Origin: Malacoraja senta | Lineage: Eukaryota | Direction: 5' to 3' | Length of the DNA: 36,293 nucleotides | NCBI GenBank assembly: GCA_038087875.1 | Contig: JAXLNO010000535.1 | Span: 1 to 36,293 of the forward strand | Part shown: one piece after another, positions 1 to 11,939 of the stretch | Layout of the letters: every line of letters starts with the position of its first letter | Position numbering within the stretch: position 1 is the stretch's first letter | The notes under the pieces: generated by a model | Seen by the model: only the letters and a program-made list of their open reading frames with translations | Told to the model about the DNA's origin: nothing | Databases searched by the model: none | Translations under genes and position numbers: made by a program

Positions 1-3000
1 GTGAATTATGGAGGATTACCAATCCATCTGGAAGAGAATACTCTTTTTATTCAGGTGTTTCATAAAATTTATACACAAATTGACTATTTCCTGGCTGATG
101 CCAAACTTATCCCTTTTACCTACAACCCAAAATATCACAACATTATTATTTCGGATCACTGTCCTCTCACTTTTTCAGTAAAATTGGAAGGAATGTATAA
201 TAAACAATCGTTTTGGAGATTCAACCCACAAATACTAGCTGAGGCAAGTCGTTGTGACTATCTGAAGCTACAGATGAAAACATTTTTTGAGACAAACGAC
301 ACCCCCGGTATTTCTCCATCTTTGCTGTGGGAAACTTTTAAGCCTAGGTAAGAGGCTGTATTATCGCATACCAAGCTTTTCAAAACAAGAAAAATAAGAC
401 TGAACAATCGGAATTAGAAAAACAGATAAAACAGGTAGACCTAGAAAACGCGGCTGACCCAACCATTGCAAAACATAATAAGATAGCTGCATTAAAATTT
501 AAATTAAACCAGATTCTCTCTGCAAAAATTATTAGGGTATTTCATTATACTAAGCAAAAAAATTGATTTGGTGATAAACCACACAAGCTACTAGCACGTC
601 AACTCCGCAAATTAGAGAATGACCGTACAATACACAAAATTAGATCAGAAAAAGGAGATCTGCTTACATTGCCTAAAGATATTAATGAAAGATTCTTACA
701 ATTCTACCAAACACTATATTCATCAAAAACAACAGCCGATCCTGCAAAGATGAAAAGTTTTCTTGAGAATTGCAATCTCTCATTCCTTAATGAGGAGGAA
801 CGGGATGAATTAGGAGCAGAGATAACAACAAAAGACATCGTAGAGACTATTAAATCATTGAAAAGTGGAAAAACTTCTGGCCCAGGTTTAGTAACGAATT
901 ATATAAAAAAATTTAATGATTTAATTTCTCCACCCTTACAAGCCCTTTATATTCAAGCATTTAAAGAACAGACTTTACCACAAACTCTTGCTGAATCAAC
1001 TATTACATTTATTCCAAAAAAAGATAAAAATCTCAAGGAGCCTGGATCCTATAGGGCAATAGCCCTTTTAAATACGGATCAGAAGATACTAGCTAAGACT
1101 TTGATACTAGCTCGTAGATTAAGCTTGGTTATCAGTAAACTAATACATCCAGATCAAACTGGGTTTATACCTAAACGACACTCGTTTTATAATTTGAGAC
1201 GTTTGTTTAACATAATATATTCGCAGAGAATGCCAAATGAAGATCTAACAATTATTTCTCTAGATGCAGAAAACGCTTTCGACCAAGTGGAATGGTCTTA
1301 TCTTTTCACAGTGTTGGAAAAATTTCAATTGGGAGAAAACTTTACTTTATGGGTGAAGCTTTTATACACTAATCCGACAGCTAGAATACTAAAACAGCTA
1401 GAAATCAAATACTTTCACCTAAATTTTATTTATCTAGGGGTAACAGACAAGGATTTGCCCTTTCTCCAATGTTATTTGCTTTAGCCATAGAACCTCTTGC
1501 CGAGAGTATCAGGTCCCATTCAGGCATTTATGGATACAATACCAAATATACCACCAATAAAATCTCGTTATATGCAGATGATGTACTTTTATACATTACT
1601 AATCCCCAAATGTTCTAAATATTATAGAACAATTTGGTTCTTTCTCTGGATACAGAATAAATTGGAATAAAAGTGAAATCATGCCAATAAAAGAACAAGA
1701 CTCTTCTCAACTCCAACAATTTCCTTTCAGAATTGTAACTGAAAAGTTCAGATATCTTGGAATTTACGTGACTAGAAAGTATTCCTCTCTGTTTAAAATA
1801 AACTTCCCACCCTTTAATCACTATCTCCCTAAAAGCTTTAAATTTTTTTTAATTTTATCACGCCAATAGTGAATAATCCTTCATTTAAACCATCTCATCG
1901 ATAAAACATATAACCAATGGGAAAGAATGGGAATTAAAAGGATCGGCGATATGTATGAAATGGGAAATCTGTTACATTCCAACAATTACAATTAAAATTT
2001 AAGCTGAAAAATAACCAATATTTTAAATACCTTCAGATCTACGACTTCATGAAGAAATATATACAAAGATATCAAACTGGAAGAAGCAATGAATATTAAG
2101 GCTGACTCACAGAAATTAATATCATATTTATATAATAGTATTTTTAAACATAGAACTACCATCAACAGAGGCACTTAGAGAAGATTGGGAACGAGAATTA
2201 CTGATAAAATCACGAATGAAACACGGGAAAAGCATTTGATATATATACACAAATGCTCGATTAACGTAAGACATAACTTAATTCAATTCAAAATTCTATA
2301 TAGATTATATTATTCAAAAACTAGATTGAATAAATTTTATCCAAATACTTCTCCCATTTGTGATAAATGTTTATCTCAAAATGCCACTATAACACACTCT
2401 TTTGTTTCCTGCATAAAACTTCATAAATTCTGGAGCGACATCTTTGAAATATTTACAAAATTATTCAAGATAAAAATGGAGCCTAACTGAAATGATTATA
2501 CTTGGAGTAACGGAAGATGGGAACAAACTGAACACATTTCAAAATTCATTTTTTAATTATGGGTTAATAACGTCAAAAAAACGTATACTTAAATTTTGGA
2601 AAAATACACCCATACCAACGCTTAAAATGCGGATTTCAAACATGTTGGAAACCGCACATCTTGAAGAAATGCGATTCCTCCTAACAGACAAAGATCAATT
2701 CTTAACGAGTTGGTCTCCATTTATCGATTTCTTGGAAGCATATGGTGCAACAAAATCGTAGAAACCAACTGTTTCAGGACTGGGTGAAGGATGGTCAAGA
2801 ATATAAATAACTATCTCCTACAATCTCTTACTCTCTACTTCCTCTTTTTCTCTCTCTTTTTTTTCCTTCCCCTCTTTCCTCCCTTTTCCTTTTCACACAT
2901 CTAGACATCACACACTTTTCTATTTCTTTATTACCTATTCTTTCTTTTTCTCTTTTATTGTAAAGGAAAAAAAACAAAGCTGTACATAAAATGTAACCTG

Positions 3001-3077
3001 TCAATATATATCAGGCACCTTGGTGCCACATTACTGTACTTCTAATAAAATAAAATAAAAAAATAAAAAATAAAAAA
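1..3077 (+). mobile_element. Decayed L1-clade LINE (ORF2 remnant, 3' UTR, A-rich tail); 5' end outside the window
   Basis: Fragmented ORFs give the APE endonuclease C-terminus (IDYFL...ISDHCPL), RT motifs (LIHPDQTGF, SLDAENAFD, LYADDVLLY near 1568) and a C-terminal CDKC...HSFVSC zinc motif. Many stops and frameshifts. Pyrimidine-rich 3' UTR and (AATAA)n tail at ~3044-3077. Confidence 0.93.
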
Positions 3078-4633
3078 TTTGATTCTATTGTCACTAACTT
3101 TATTTGGGACTACAAAACCCATAGAATACACAAAAGACATTTGTGCAAATCCAAAGAAAATAGAGGATTAGCTCTACCTAATTTTCCTTTTTACTACTGG
3201 GCAACTAACATTAAAAATATAATCTTCTGGTTGGATGATACATGTCAACATGTAAATTGGTTAAAAATGGAGAGGGAAGATTGTTTGCCTTTTAGTATAG
3301 GCTCGATCCTCCTATCTCCAATACATTTGAATAAGTCAACGTATGAGCAAAATCCGATAATACACAGTACTATCCGTATCTGGAAACTGCTGAAATTCAG
3401 TCTTAAATTGAGAAACATGTCTCTCTTTCTTCCTATTGCAAATAATCCCTCGTTTAAACCATCTACTTTAGATATGGTGTTTGTTCAATGGAAGAACCTG
3501 GGAATCAATACTGTGGGAGACCTATTTAAGAAGGGGACTCTCTCTTCTTTTCAAGAACTATAGAAATATCACTTGAATGCCAACAATTTTTTTAGATACC
3601 TTCAAATCCGAGATTATGTGAAAACATATACACAAGACTGTCCTCCTATGGGTCCAGATATATTAGACAATTGTTTGAATAGACATGCCGATACAAGTAA
3701 GTTGATATCTTACATTTATAACACTCTTCTAAATATTGACACCTCACCTTCTGAGATTTATAGGCGAGCATGGGATGATGAGCTGGGTTTACCCATTTCG
3801 AAAGATATATGGGAGGAAAGCCTACTATACATGTTCTTTAATGCCAGACATTGCCTGATACAATTCAAAGTATTGCCTAGGTTATACTACTCAAAGACCA
3901 AATTGAACAAGATCTTCCAACTGTCTCTCCTCTCTGTGATAAATGTCACTTCCAAGAAGCCACCCTAACCCATTCTTTTGTATCCTGTATAAAAATACAA
4001 AACTTCTGGATGGAAATATTCAATATCATTTCTAAAACACTCAAAATTCAATTGGAGTCAGATTCAAAATTAATAATATTAGGAATGTCAGAGGGCTGCC
4101 CTAAGTTAACGATATTCCAAAGATGCTTCCTTGACTATGGTTTAATAACTACAAAAAAAATACTTAAATTCTGGAAAAAGATAACAGTTCCCACAGTGAA
4201 GGTGTGGATCACAAAAATGACCGAGACACTACATTTAGAAATAATAAGGCTTGTTTTGTCTGACAAACCAGATCAATTTTCCAAAATATGGTCTCCTTTC
4301 ATTGAATTTCTTCAACAACATAATGGTTGAACACAAATTCAAAACCGACGCTAGGGTCGGGTGAGAGGACGTAGGGAAGGGTAGTGGGATATATCTCCGC
4401 TTTTATTCACTTCTTCATTAGTTCAGGGGTTTTTCTTTTTTCTCTTTTGTATCTTTTTCAAAATTCTTTCTTTTCTTTTTCCTTCCTTCTTCCTTTCCCT
4501 TCTTTCCTTTTTTCTTTTTTCCGATTTACTTATTAGTTTATAAAATGTTAAAACTGAAGCTGTACGAAAATTGTTTAATTCTTATGTCGATTACTTTCTC
4601 CTTGTACAATTGCTTCTAATAAAATAAATATTT
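3072..4633 (+). mobile_element. Second L1-clade LINE, 3' half of ORF2 plus 3' UTR
   Basis: Reads KKFDSIVTNFIW...GLALPNF...FFRYLQIRDY...FSKIWSPF, typical of the L1 ORF2 C-terminal half. Related to, but diverged from, the first element. Ends in AATAAAATAAATA at ~4618-4630. Confidence 0.9.
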
Positions 4634-4657
4634 AAAACAAAATTTAAAATTCTGAAT

Positions 4658-5192
4658 TTGGGTGCTGTTTGTGTGGAGTTTGCATGTTCTCCCAGTGACT
4701 GCGTAGATTTTGGGTGCTCCAGTTTCTTCCCACATCACGAATATGTGCAGGTTTGTCGGTTAATTAGCCTCTGTAAATTGCCCCCAGTATGTAGGGAGTT
4801 GCTGAGAAAGTGGGATAACATAGAACTTTATGATGAGGGGGGGAAAGATTTAATAGGAATCTGAGGGGTAACTTTTTGTTACACAAAGGGTAGTGGGAGT
4901 ATGGAACGTGATGCTGGAGGAGGTAGTTAAGGCAGGTACTATCGCAACGTTTAAGAATAATTTAGACAGGTACATGGATAGGACAGGTTTATTGGGATAT
5001 GGGCGAATCGCAGGCAGGTGGGACCAGTGTAGATGGGACATGCTGGTCAGTGTGGCCAAGATGTGCCGAAGCCCCTGTTTCCACACCATATGACTCTAAC
5101 TTGTGTGAACATGTGATCGCTGGTCGACATGGACTCGGTGGGCAAATGGGCCTGTTTCCAAACTGTATCTTTAAACTAAACTAAAACTAAAA
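4658..5192 (+). mobile_element. V-SINE/HE1-like SINE interrupted by a CR1-like 3' fragment (~4832-5098)
   Basis: Core GTGTGGAGTTTGCATGTTCTCCC and (CTAAA)n tail. The inserted segment matches the CR1-like 3' ends at 7600-8129 and 32035-32684. Boundaries approximate. Confidence 0.75.
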
Positions 5193-5469
5193 AGGGACCA
5201 ATAAGTGAAGGCATTAGTCACAGGCAAATGACAGCACAGCCCAATGTTTGACTCGTCTTTGATGACAGCTGAAAGTGAAATGCAGTTGCGTGCGCTGATT
5301 ACAAAGAGAATTCCTTTCAACCGTTATGCTAATGGTTCAGCACTATACAATGCCTGTAAAAAATAGACGCTGAATTTGGGGCTACAGTTAACAATTGTTA
5401 CGGTTTAAGCTCTGCCACATATCATTAGTTTTTCTTAGTTTAGACCAGCGATCACATGTTCACACTAGT

Positions 5470-5757
5470 TAGAGTCATACAGTGTGGAAACTGGCCCTTT
5501 AGCCCACCGAGTCCACGCTGACCAGCGATCCCCACAAACGAACTATCCTACACGCACTGGAGATAATTTTACCAAGCCAATTAACCTACAAACCTGTACA
5601 TCTTTGGAGTGCGGGAGAAAAGTGGAGAACCCGGAGAAAATCCCTCGCAGGTCATGGGGAGAACGTACAAACTCCATACAAACAGCACCTGTAGTCAGGA
5701 TCAAACCCGTGCCTCTGGCCCTGGAAGGAAGCAACTACCATTGCGCAACCATGCCAC
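5470..5757 (-). mobile_element. V-SINE/HE1-like SINE
   Basis: Reverse complement of the SINE core (GGAGAACGTACAAACTCCATACA), shared with many copies in the window. Confidence 0.75.
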
Positions 5758-5785
5758 ATCTTCAACCATGTTTTAATATCAAATG

Positions 5786-6082
5786 AGGTTTAGGTTTATT
5801 ATTGCCACGTGTAACGAGGTGCAGTGAAAAGCTTTGTTTTGGATGCTACCCATTCTAAACATAAATACAATCAAGGCAACTCAAGTACAATAGGGAGAGC
5901 AAAGGGAAAGATTCAGATTGTGGAATATAGTTTTTGGCATTGTAGCACATCAGTTCCAGAGTTAATGTCCAATATCTATAATGAGTTAGAGGTGAATCAG
6001 ACAGTACCCTAGCTTATGGAAGGACCATTCAGAAGCCTGATAGCAGAGGGGAAGAAGCTGTTCCTGAGTCTGTTGGTGCACT
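5786..6082 (-). mobile_element. Rex1/Babar-like LINE 3' end
   Basis: Reverse-complement match to the 6541-7082 element (GAAGAAGCTGTTCCTGAGTCTG; tail GGTTTAGGTTTATTATT). Confidence 0.6.
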
Positions 6083-6540
6083 ATGACAGGATTCACACAA
6101 ATGTATTGTGATTTGCTTGTCAAATGAATCCTCTTTTTGATTGCTTGCTTCTGACTGCTTAGTATGCATTCTTTCATGAAGCATCAAAATTAAGCTTTGC
6201 AAATAAAAATCTCAGTAAAGTGAAATGATTTACTTGTACTTTTGTCAATTTGATATGTTGAATTCATCGCTCATAAATATTCTCTTTTATGTTGCGGAAG
6301 ACCAAATATAGATTGGGTGACTGCTTTACAAAGCATTATTGTTCAACCTGCAAGTGTGATAGCATGCAACTTCCAGCCTACCTCCTTAATTCTCCATCCC
6401 ACTCTCACTCTGACCTCTCTGTTTATCGTGCATAATAATCCCATTTGTCATTTAATCTTAATCTCTTTCTCATCCCTCCCCCAATTAAACTTGCTTTATC
6501 TCCATCCATACCCAGCTCTGATTAAGTTATATTTGAATGC

Positions 6541-7082
6541 TGGCAAGAAGATACAGAAGCTTGAAAGCATGCACCACCAGACTCAGGAACACCTTCTTCC
6601 CCCCTGATATCAAGCTTCTGAACAGACTTTCCATAAGGGTAGAGTACTGTACGATTCACCTCTACCCCTTTGCAAACCTTGGACTTTGTCTAAGGAACTG
6701 GGGCGCTACAATACTGAGAACAATATTCTGCACTCTGTATCTTCCCCTTTACTCTTTCTATTGTATTTGAGTTTGATGATTGTATTTATGTATAGTATTA
6801 TCTGATATGACTGGTTTGTAGGGTTTGCTCCCAGTGCTCCGGTTTCCTCCACACTCCAAATACATCCAGGTTTGTTGGTTAATTGGCTTTGGTAAAAAAT
6901 TGCAAATTGTTCGTAGTGTGTAGGATATTGCTAGTGTGCTAGTGTATGAGGTAATCGATGTTCAGCGCACACTCGGCGGGCCGAATGGCCCGTTTTCACG
7001 CTGTATCTCTAAAGTATAAAACAAAGCATTTCACTGCACAATATTGTACGCGAGAATAATAAACCTAAACTAAAACCTAAAC
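6541..7082 (+). mobile_element. Rex1/Babar-like LINE 3' end with a nested V-SINE fragment (~6812-7017)
   Basis: Peptide RRYRSLKACTTRLRNTFFP resembles the Rex/Babar RT C-terminus (DUF1891-like). Tail AATAATAAACCTAAAC. Confidence 0.65.
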
Positions 7083-7599
7083 ATTAACTCCAGAGACGTT
7101 GCCTCCGCTGCTGAGTATTTCTAACATTTCCCATTTTTACTTATAAAGGTGAAAATAGCATGGGGTTTGGATAGGTCAGAGCTTGGAAATCAAATGAAAA
7201 GGTCTCTCCCTCATTGGGAAACTCATTCCAATTCTAACAATACTCAAACTTTCTCTCAAAGTACAAACCAAATATGTCTGGAAGAAACATGTTATTGTTT
7301 TCAATGAACTCTACATTCCCTTCACTTTTTAAAGAGCAAAAAATTGAAGTGCTGTAATAAATTTAAATAAAACATCAACAGAGCAAGTCTGATAACAAGG
7401 TATTATTGAGGAGCTTTGAAGCAGTATGAAGACGGCACTACTCACATTCTTTTATCTTCTTCTTCAAAATGAATCCATCAAACTGGTGAGCATTGTTTTC
7501 CTAGTCCTCAAAATGCAAATGTGAAACTACTCCTTGAGATTCTGGTCCTGTGCAAAAGAATGATGATGTTTGTTAAAAAGGCACATAAAAGGAAAAAAG

Positions 7600-8129
7600 T
7601 TATAGAAGACCTTGGTGAGGCCACATGTGGAGCAATGTGTTCAGTTTTCAATGTTGTCAAACTGGAAAGGGTGCACAGATTTACGAGGATGTTGCCAGGA
7701 CTCGGGGGCCTGAGCTATTAGGGAGAGGTTGAGCTGGCTGGGACTATATTCCTTGGAGCATAGGAGGAGGGTGAGGCGAAATTTTAGAGAGGTGTACAAA
7801 ATCATGAGAGGAATTGATCAGGTAAATGCACTGAGTCTCTTGCCTAGAGTAAGTGAATTGAGAATTAGAGGACATAGGTTTAAGGTGAGGGGGGAAAGAT
7901 TCAATAGGAAACTGAGGGCTTACTTTCGTTTTGCACAAAGGGTGGTGGGTGCATGTAAAGAGCTGCCAGAGGAGGTAGTTGCGGCAGGTACAATCGCAAT
8001 GTTTAAGAAACATTTAGACAGGTTTATGGATATGATATGTTTCGAGAGAAATGGGCCAAACGCAGGCAGGTGGGACTAATGTAGATGGGACATGTTGGTT
8101 GGTGTGGGCATGTTGGCTCTATGACTCTA
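7600..8129 (+). mobile_element. CR1/HER1-like LINE 3' fragment
   Basis: Peptides KLERVHRFTRMLPGL.GLSY, LGLYSLE.RR, EVYKIMRGID and RGHRFKVRG are characteristic of the CR1 ORF2 C-terminus. Tail CTCTATGACTCTAT. Confidence 0.85.
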
Positions 8130-8164
8130 TAAGGCAACATTTTAATAGTAAGTTAACATTGCAT

Positions 8165-8490
8165 TCAGGAGTATGTGCGGAGAGGTGCACTGAAGCTTGG
8201 TGCAGCCAACACCAAGCCTTATTGGGGGAGGCCCACGGTCTAGGGTCCTTCCACTGCTGGACATTGGGGGAAGAGTCCGGCGGGGACACCCGTCAAACAT
8301 GGGAAGGAATATCACCCCAGGGGGCCGGCCACATGAGCGGCAAGGGTGCTTTGTTTAAAGACAGGTGCGAACACCACCGAGTATGACAGCGTTGAGTGCA
8401 CAGACACTGAGAATGTCTAGAGAGCTTTTGCACAGTTTTTGTTTTGCATATGTTTTGTATTCTGAATAAAGTATATGTCTGAAATAAAAA
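8165..8490 (+). mobile_element. Tx1-like LINE 3' end
   Basis: Translates QEYVRRGALKLGAANTKPYWGRPTV*, similar to Tx1-type ORF2 C-termini, followed by a short UTR, AATAAA (~8465) and an A-rich end. Confidence 0.55.
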
Positions 8491-8595
8491 TCGCCAATTC
8501 AATAAGGAACCTGAGACATACTTCCATACAGCAAGATCAAAGCATCTTTCATAATGTTTTTTCAGACCAGTTAATGAAATGGAGATATAATATGA

Positions 8596-8937
8596 CCATA
8601 AGTCATAGGAGCATAATTAGGCCATTCGGCCAATCGAGTCTAGAACGCCATTCAATCATGGTGGATCTACTTTTCCTTCTCAACCCCATTCCCCTGCCTT
8701 CTCCCCGTAACATTTGACGCACTTCTTAATCAAGAATCTGTCAATCTCTGCCTTCAAAATACCTAATGTCTTTATCTCAATAGCCATCTGTGGCAGTGAA
8801 TTCCACAGATTCACCATCTTCTAGCTAAAGAAATTCCTCATCTCCATTTCAAAGGTAGGTCCTTTTGCTCTGAGGCTGATCCCCCCGATTCTAGACAATC
8901 ACATTACTGGAAACATCCTTTTCCTATTCTATCCAGA
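8596..8937 (-). mobile_element. CR1-like LINE 3' fragment containing the left breakpoint of the triplication
   Basis: Reverse-complement CR1 3' motifs (GAATTCCACAGATTCACCA, CCATTCAATCATGG). It is continuous across 8830 only in unit 1. Confidence 0.7.
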
Positions 8938-9017
8938 TGCCAGATTGCTGAGATTTGAATTCTGGTAACTTCAGATACTAACTGATCTGGTGAATATTTC
9001 TGACATCTTGCTTTCAT

Positions 9018-9018
9018 G

Positions 9019-9058
<40 letters not shown>

Positions 9059-9065
9059 TATCAAT
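9018..9065. repeat. (AATC)n microsatellite, one per unit (also ~12566-12605, ~16107-16145)
   Basis: Directly visible; length differs between units. Confidence 0.95.
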
Positions 9066-10185
9066 CCTTTATTGTAACCTGTGATAAGTTACAGTGAAAT
9101 TCATTGCTGGCATACCCAAGGTATGCAATAGTCGCCACATAAAGGGCGATTGCAAAGTTACAAAGTATCGTGCGATCCCCCCACGCAGGGTCTTTATTCT
9201 GTTATCCCACAGAATAAATGTTTGAGAGCACACTGATAACCCTGATACCCCTGAATAGTTTTATATTTCACCAGTGTCAAAGCTCTGAACCTCTGGTCAA
9301 CGTTAAGGCAAATTAAACCCAGAGAATGAATCTATATCTACCCGTGACAGTCACAGTAAGCTTCGACATCATTTTCTTCGAACAAAAGTATAGAATTACT
9401 ATTTTTTCAGGAATGAATAGCTACAAAGATAATAAATGCAAGAAGTTATTGATGATGTAACCATGTAAAAATTGTTGAATTATTAAATATAACAACATGA
9501 TCAATTTGTTTTTATATGTTTCAATTTATTTTATTGAAGCCATGTTTTAGACAAAAGATCCATTATAAATTATATTAAAACATAAATTTGTCCAAAATTG
9601 TTTGTGGTTATTAGTTGAAAAAATGTCAACTATAAACTGCTTGGCTGGCCATATCCGATAGTCACTAATCACCTATTAAAATGATCAGAATTCCTATTAA
9701 TATAATGTTTACATAATAAACATATACAACATTTTCCAAATTCATATTAGCTGGACTTTGTGAAAACTAATAACATTTGCTAAAAAGCTCAACCATGGCA
9801 CATCAACAATCATACAACGTGGAAACAGTTCGGCCCAACTTTCCCATGCCGACCAAGATGCCCATCTATATAGTCCCACCTGCACTTGTTTGGCCAATAT
9901 CCCCCTAAACTTTTCCTATCCATGTACATATTAAACTAACCAAAAAATACTGCCTGTCTATTTACTGTAATTATGTTTATTTTCTAAAATAATGAAAATT
10001 TCTATTTTATAGTGTGATAAAATACGTATCAAACTGGAATATGGGGTATTTTTTTTTCCAAAAGTGGTGTTAATAATTGAAGAGCTATAATAAATGTAAC
10101 TAAAACATCAACACAGTTGGTTTGAGAACAAGGTATTATTGAAGAGCAATAAAAAAGAGCAGCCAATTATGTGGTGTGGATGTTA

Positions 10186-10947
10186 TGGACCTGTCCCACT
10201 TTGGCGATTTTTCAGGCGACTGTCAGGTCGCCAGCAGTCACCTGAAAAAACGGTGACTGGAACGGCCTAGAACGGCGACTGTCAGAGTGTAACATACACA
10301 CACACGCGCATACATCACTTCCTTCACCAGCCCGTTATGCAGGCAGGGGACAGGGCAAGCGGGAGAGCGCTGTCTGAGTGAAATTCACACAGTGCAAAGC
10401 CAATGTGAAACAGACACACACCGCGATGAACAGGAAGGTTGGCGCTGTAATTATGACAGTGAAAGCACAATGTACGGTAAGGGTCACATAATTCCTTTAA
10501 AAGAGGGGGAGAAGAGGGGGGGAGGGGGGAGAAGGGGGGAAGAAGGGGGAGAAGGAGAGGAGACCTTACCGGTCGGTTATCCTTGGTTCAGAAAAATACT
10601 GCTTTTTTTTCCCAATAAGCCAATGAAATTCACCGGTCAGCACCGGCTACAACCTACGAGAACCTTCGACCTCCTGGCAACCTACTAGGATCTCCTGGTG
10701 ACCCACCTACGACACGAGAATTCTCGCTACTCTCCATGGCGGCTTCATTCTGGTCGGCGATAATTTTTCAACATGTTGAAAAATTCGCGGCAACCATAAT
10801 GAGGCCGCGACTAGTTCCCAGAATGCGGGAACTCCTCATGACCATGAAGGCGACTCCCCGGTAACACCCGCGAACATGTGGCGACCATTTGGTGACCACA
10901 TAGTCGCCGGCAGTCCACTAAAAAGTCAGCTAAGTGGGACAGGCCCA
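10186..10947. mobile_element. PIF/Harbinger-type non-autonomous element (MITE-like), unit 1
   Basis: TIRs TGGACCTGTCCCACTT and AAGTGGGACAGGCCCA (15/16 match), flanked by a TTA duplication (10183-10185, 10948-10950). A 3-bp TWA TSD is the PIF/Harbinger signature. No transposase ORF. Confidence 0.85.
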
Positions 10948-11424
10948 TTAGGATTTGTACTGAAATAAGCAGTGAAATCAAGGGAACTTACACAGAGAAT
11001 AAAAGAGAATAACAGATGGAGGGATGAAACTGCTTTGCATCATTAACAGACTTTAGCATTATTTAAACATTGGAATCTTCCTTTGACGGTATCAGTGTGC
11101 AAACACATAACATGTTGCTATAATATTTCCAAGCTATTTTATTGAAAGCATTAATCTTTTAATTTAAATAAGTTAATGCCTCCCTTAAAATAAATGGCAA
11201 AAATATGTCGTAAGAACGTGTTAAGCATCTATACATAACTAAAGCTCTGATCTGATCCTTTTCCGGTTTGCGTGGTTTTTCTATATGCGCAAAAACGGTA
11301 CACGATAGCACTATGATTTTTCGCCAGCTTACTAACCGTTTTCTTGTGCTGCGAGTGCAATAAGTTTTGTTCCAATCGATGGTATATTGTAAAAGTTATT
11401 AAGGTTTAAAAATCGTTAAAAAAC

Positions 11425-11496
11425 GCGCATGCGCAGATTGCTGTCAGTCGCCGCCATGCAGATTGGTCTCCTCTCCTGTCAGTCAGGAAGGGGCGG
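11425..11496 (+). promoter_or_regulatory. NRF1-like palindrome, inverted CCAAT box and GC box inside the Helitron (all three units)
   Basis: GCGCATGCGC at 11425-11434, ATTGG at 11462-11466, GGGGCGG at 11490-11496, at the start of a CpG-rich segment. Activity unproven. Confidence 0.4.
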
Positions 11497-11547
11497 CGAT
11501 GCCCCTTCCTGGAACCATCGGCGCACTGATTGATCGTGTCCGCTGTC

Positions 11548-11939
11548 AATCGGCTGGAGGTCGCCATGGTGAAGGAGTGGTGCCGCTGCCCGAGGCGCTG
11601 CGGCCGTGCAGTACCTGGTGGGGAGGATGGTGCCGCGGGTCGAGCCCGGGGACTGGGCCTGAGCCTGGGCTGGAGTCGTGCCCAAGCCCGGGGCCTGGTC
11701 AAGGTGTACCAGTGCCGCGGGGGCCGCCTGGCCGCCTCCATCCTGCAGCACAGCCTCCCCTTCCTGCTCTGCGGGCAGCTCTGGCTCGGCCGCCCGCCAC
11801 CCTCAGCCTGCCCCCGGCACAGTGAGCCCGGCTCCGTCGAGGCCCAGGTCCGTGTGTGCTTCGGCCACCTACAGCCAGGGCCGGGCTGAGTACGAGTACC
11901 AGGCCGAGTTTCATGCCCTGGCGCAGCTCTACGACCTGG
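11548..11939 (+). pseudogene. SAC3D1: Captured, frameshifted SAC3D1-like exon fragment (unit 1)
   Basis: Pieces across frames: RLEV.MVKEW.R / PEALRP / AVQYLVGRMV / AASILQHSLPFLL...SVEAQVRVCFG / TYSQGRAEYEYQAEFHALAQLYDLG. These are colinear with recalled SAC3D1 motifs (RLEV...AVKEYSR...LRPP...TVRYLAGEV...LQAQVQEGFG...CYARG...QPAFQGLFLLYNLG). Ends at donor G|GTAGGT. Confidence 0.72.

Noticed and set aside
10392..10688. 98-aa ORF within the MITE
   Set aside because: Non-ATG start, low complexity, interrupted by a stop in unit 3, no transposase motifs.
11530..11889. 119-aa ORF as a functional SAC3D1 gene
   Set aside because: Homology is split across three frames with deletions and a stop, and it lies inside Helitron termini.
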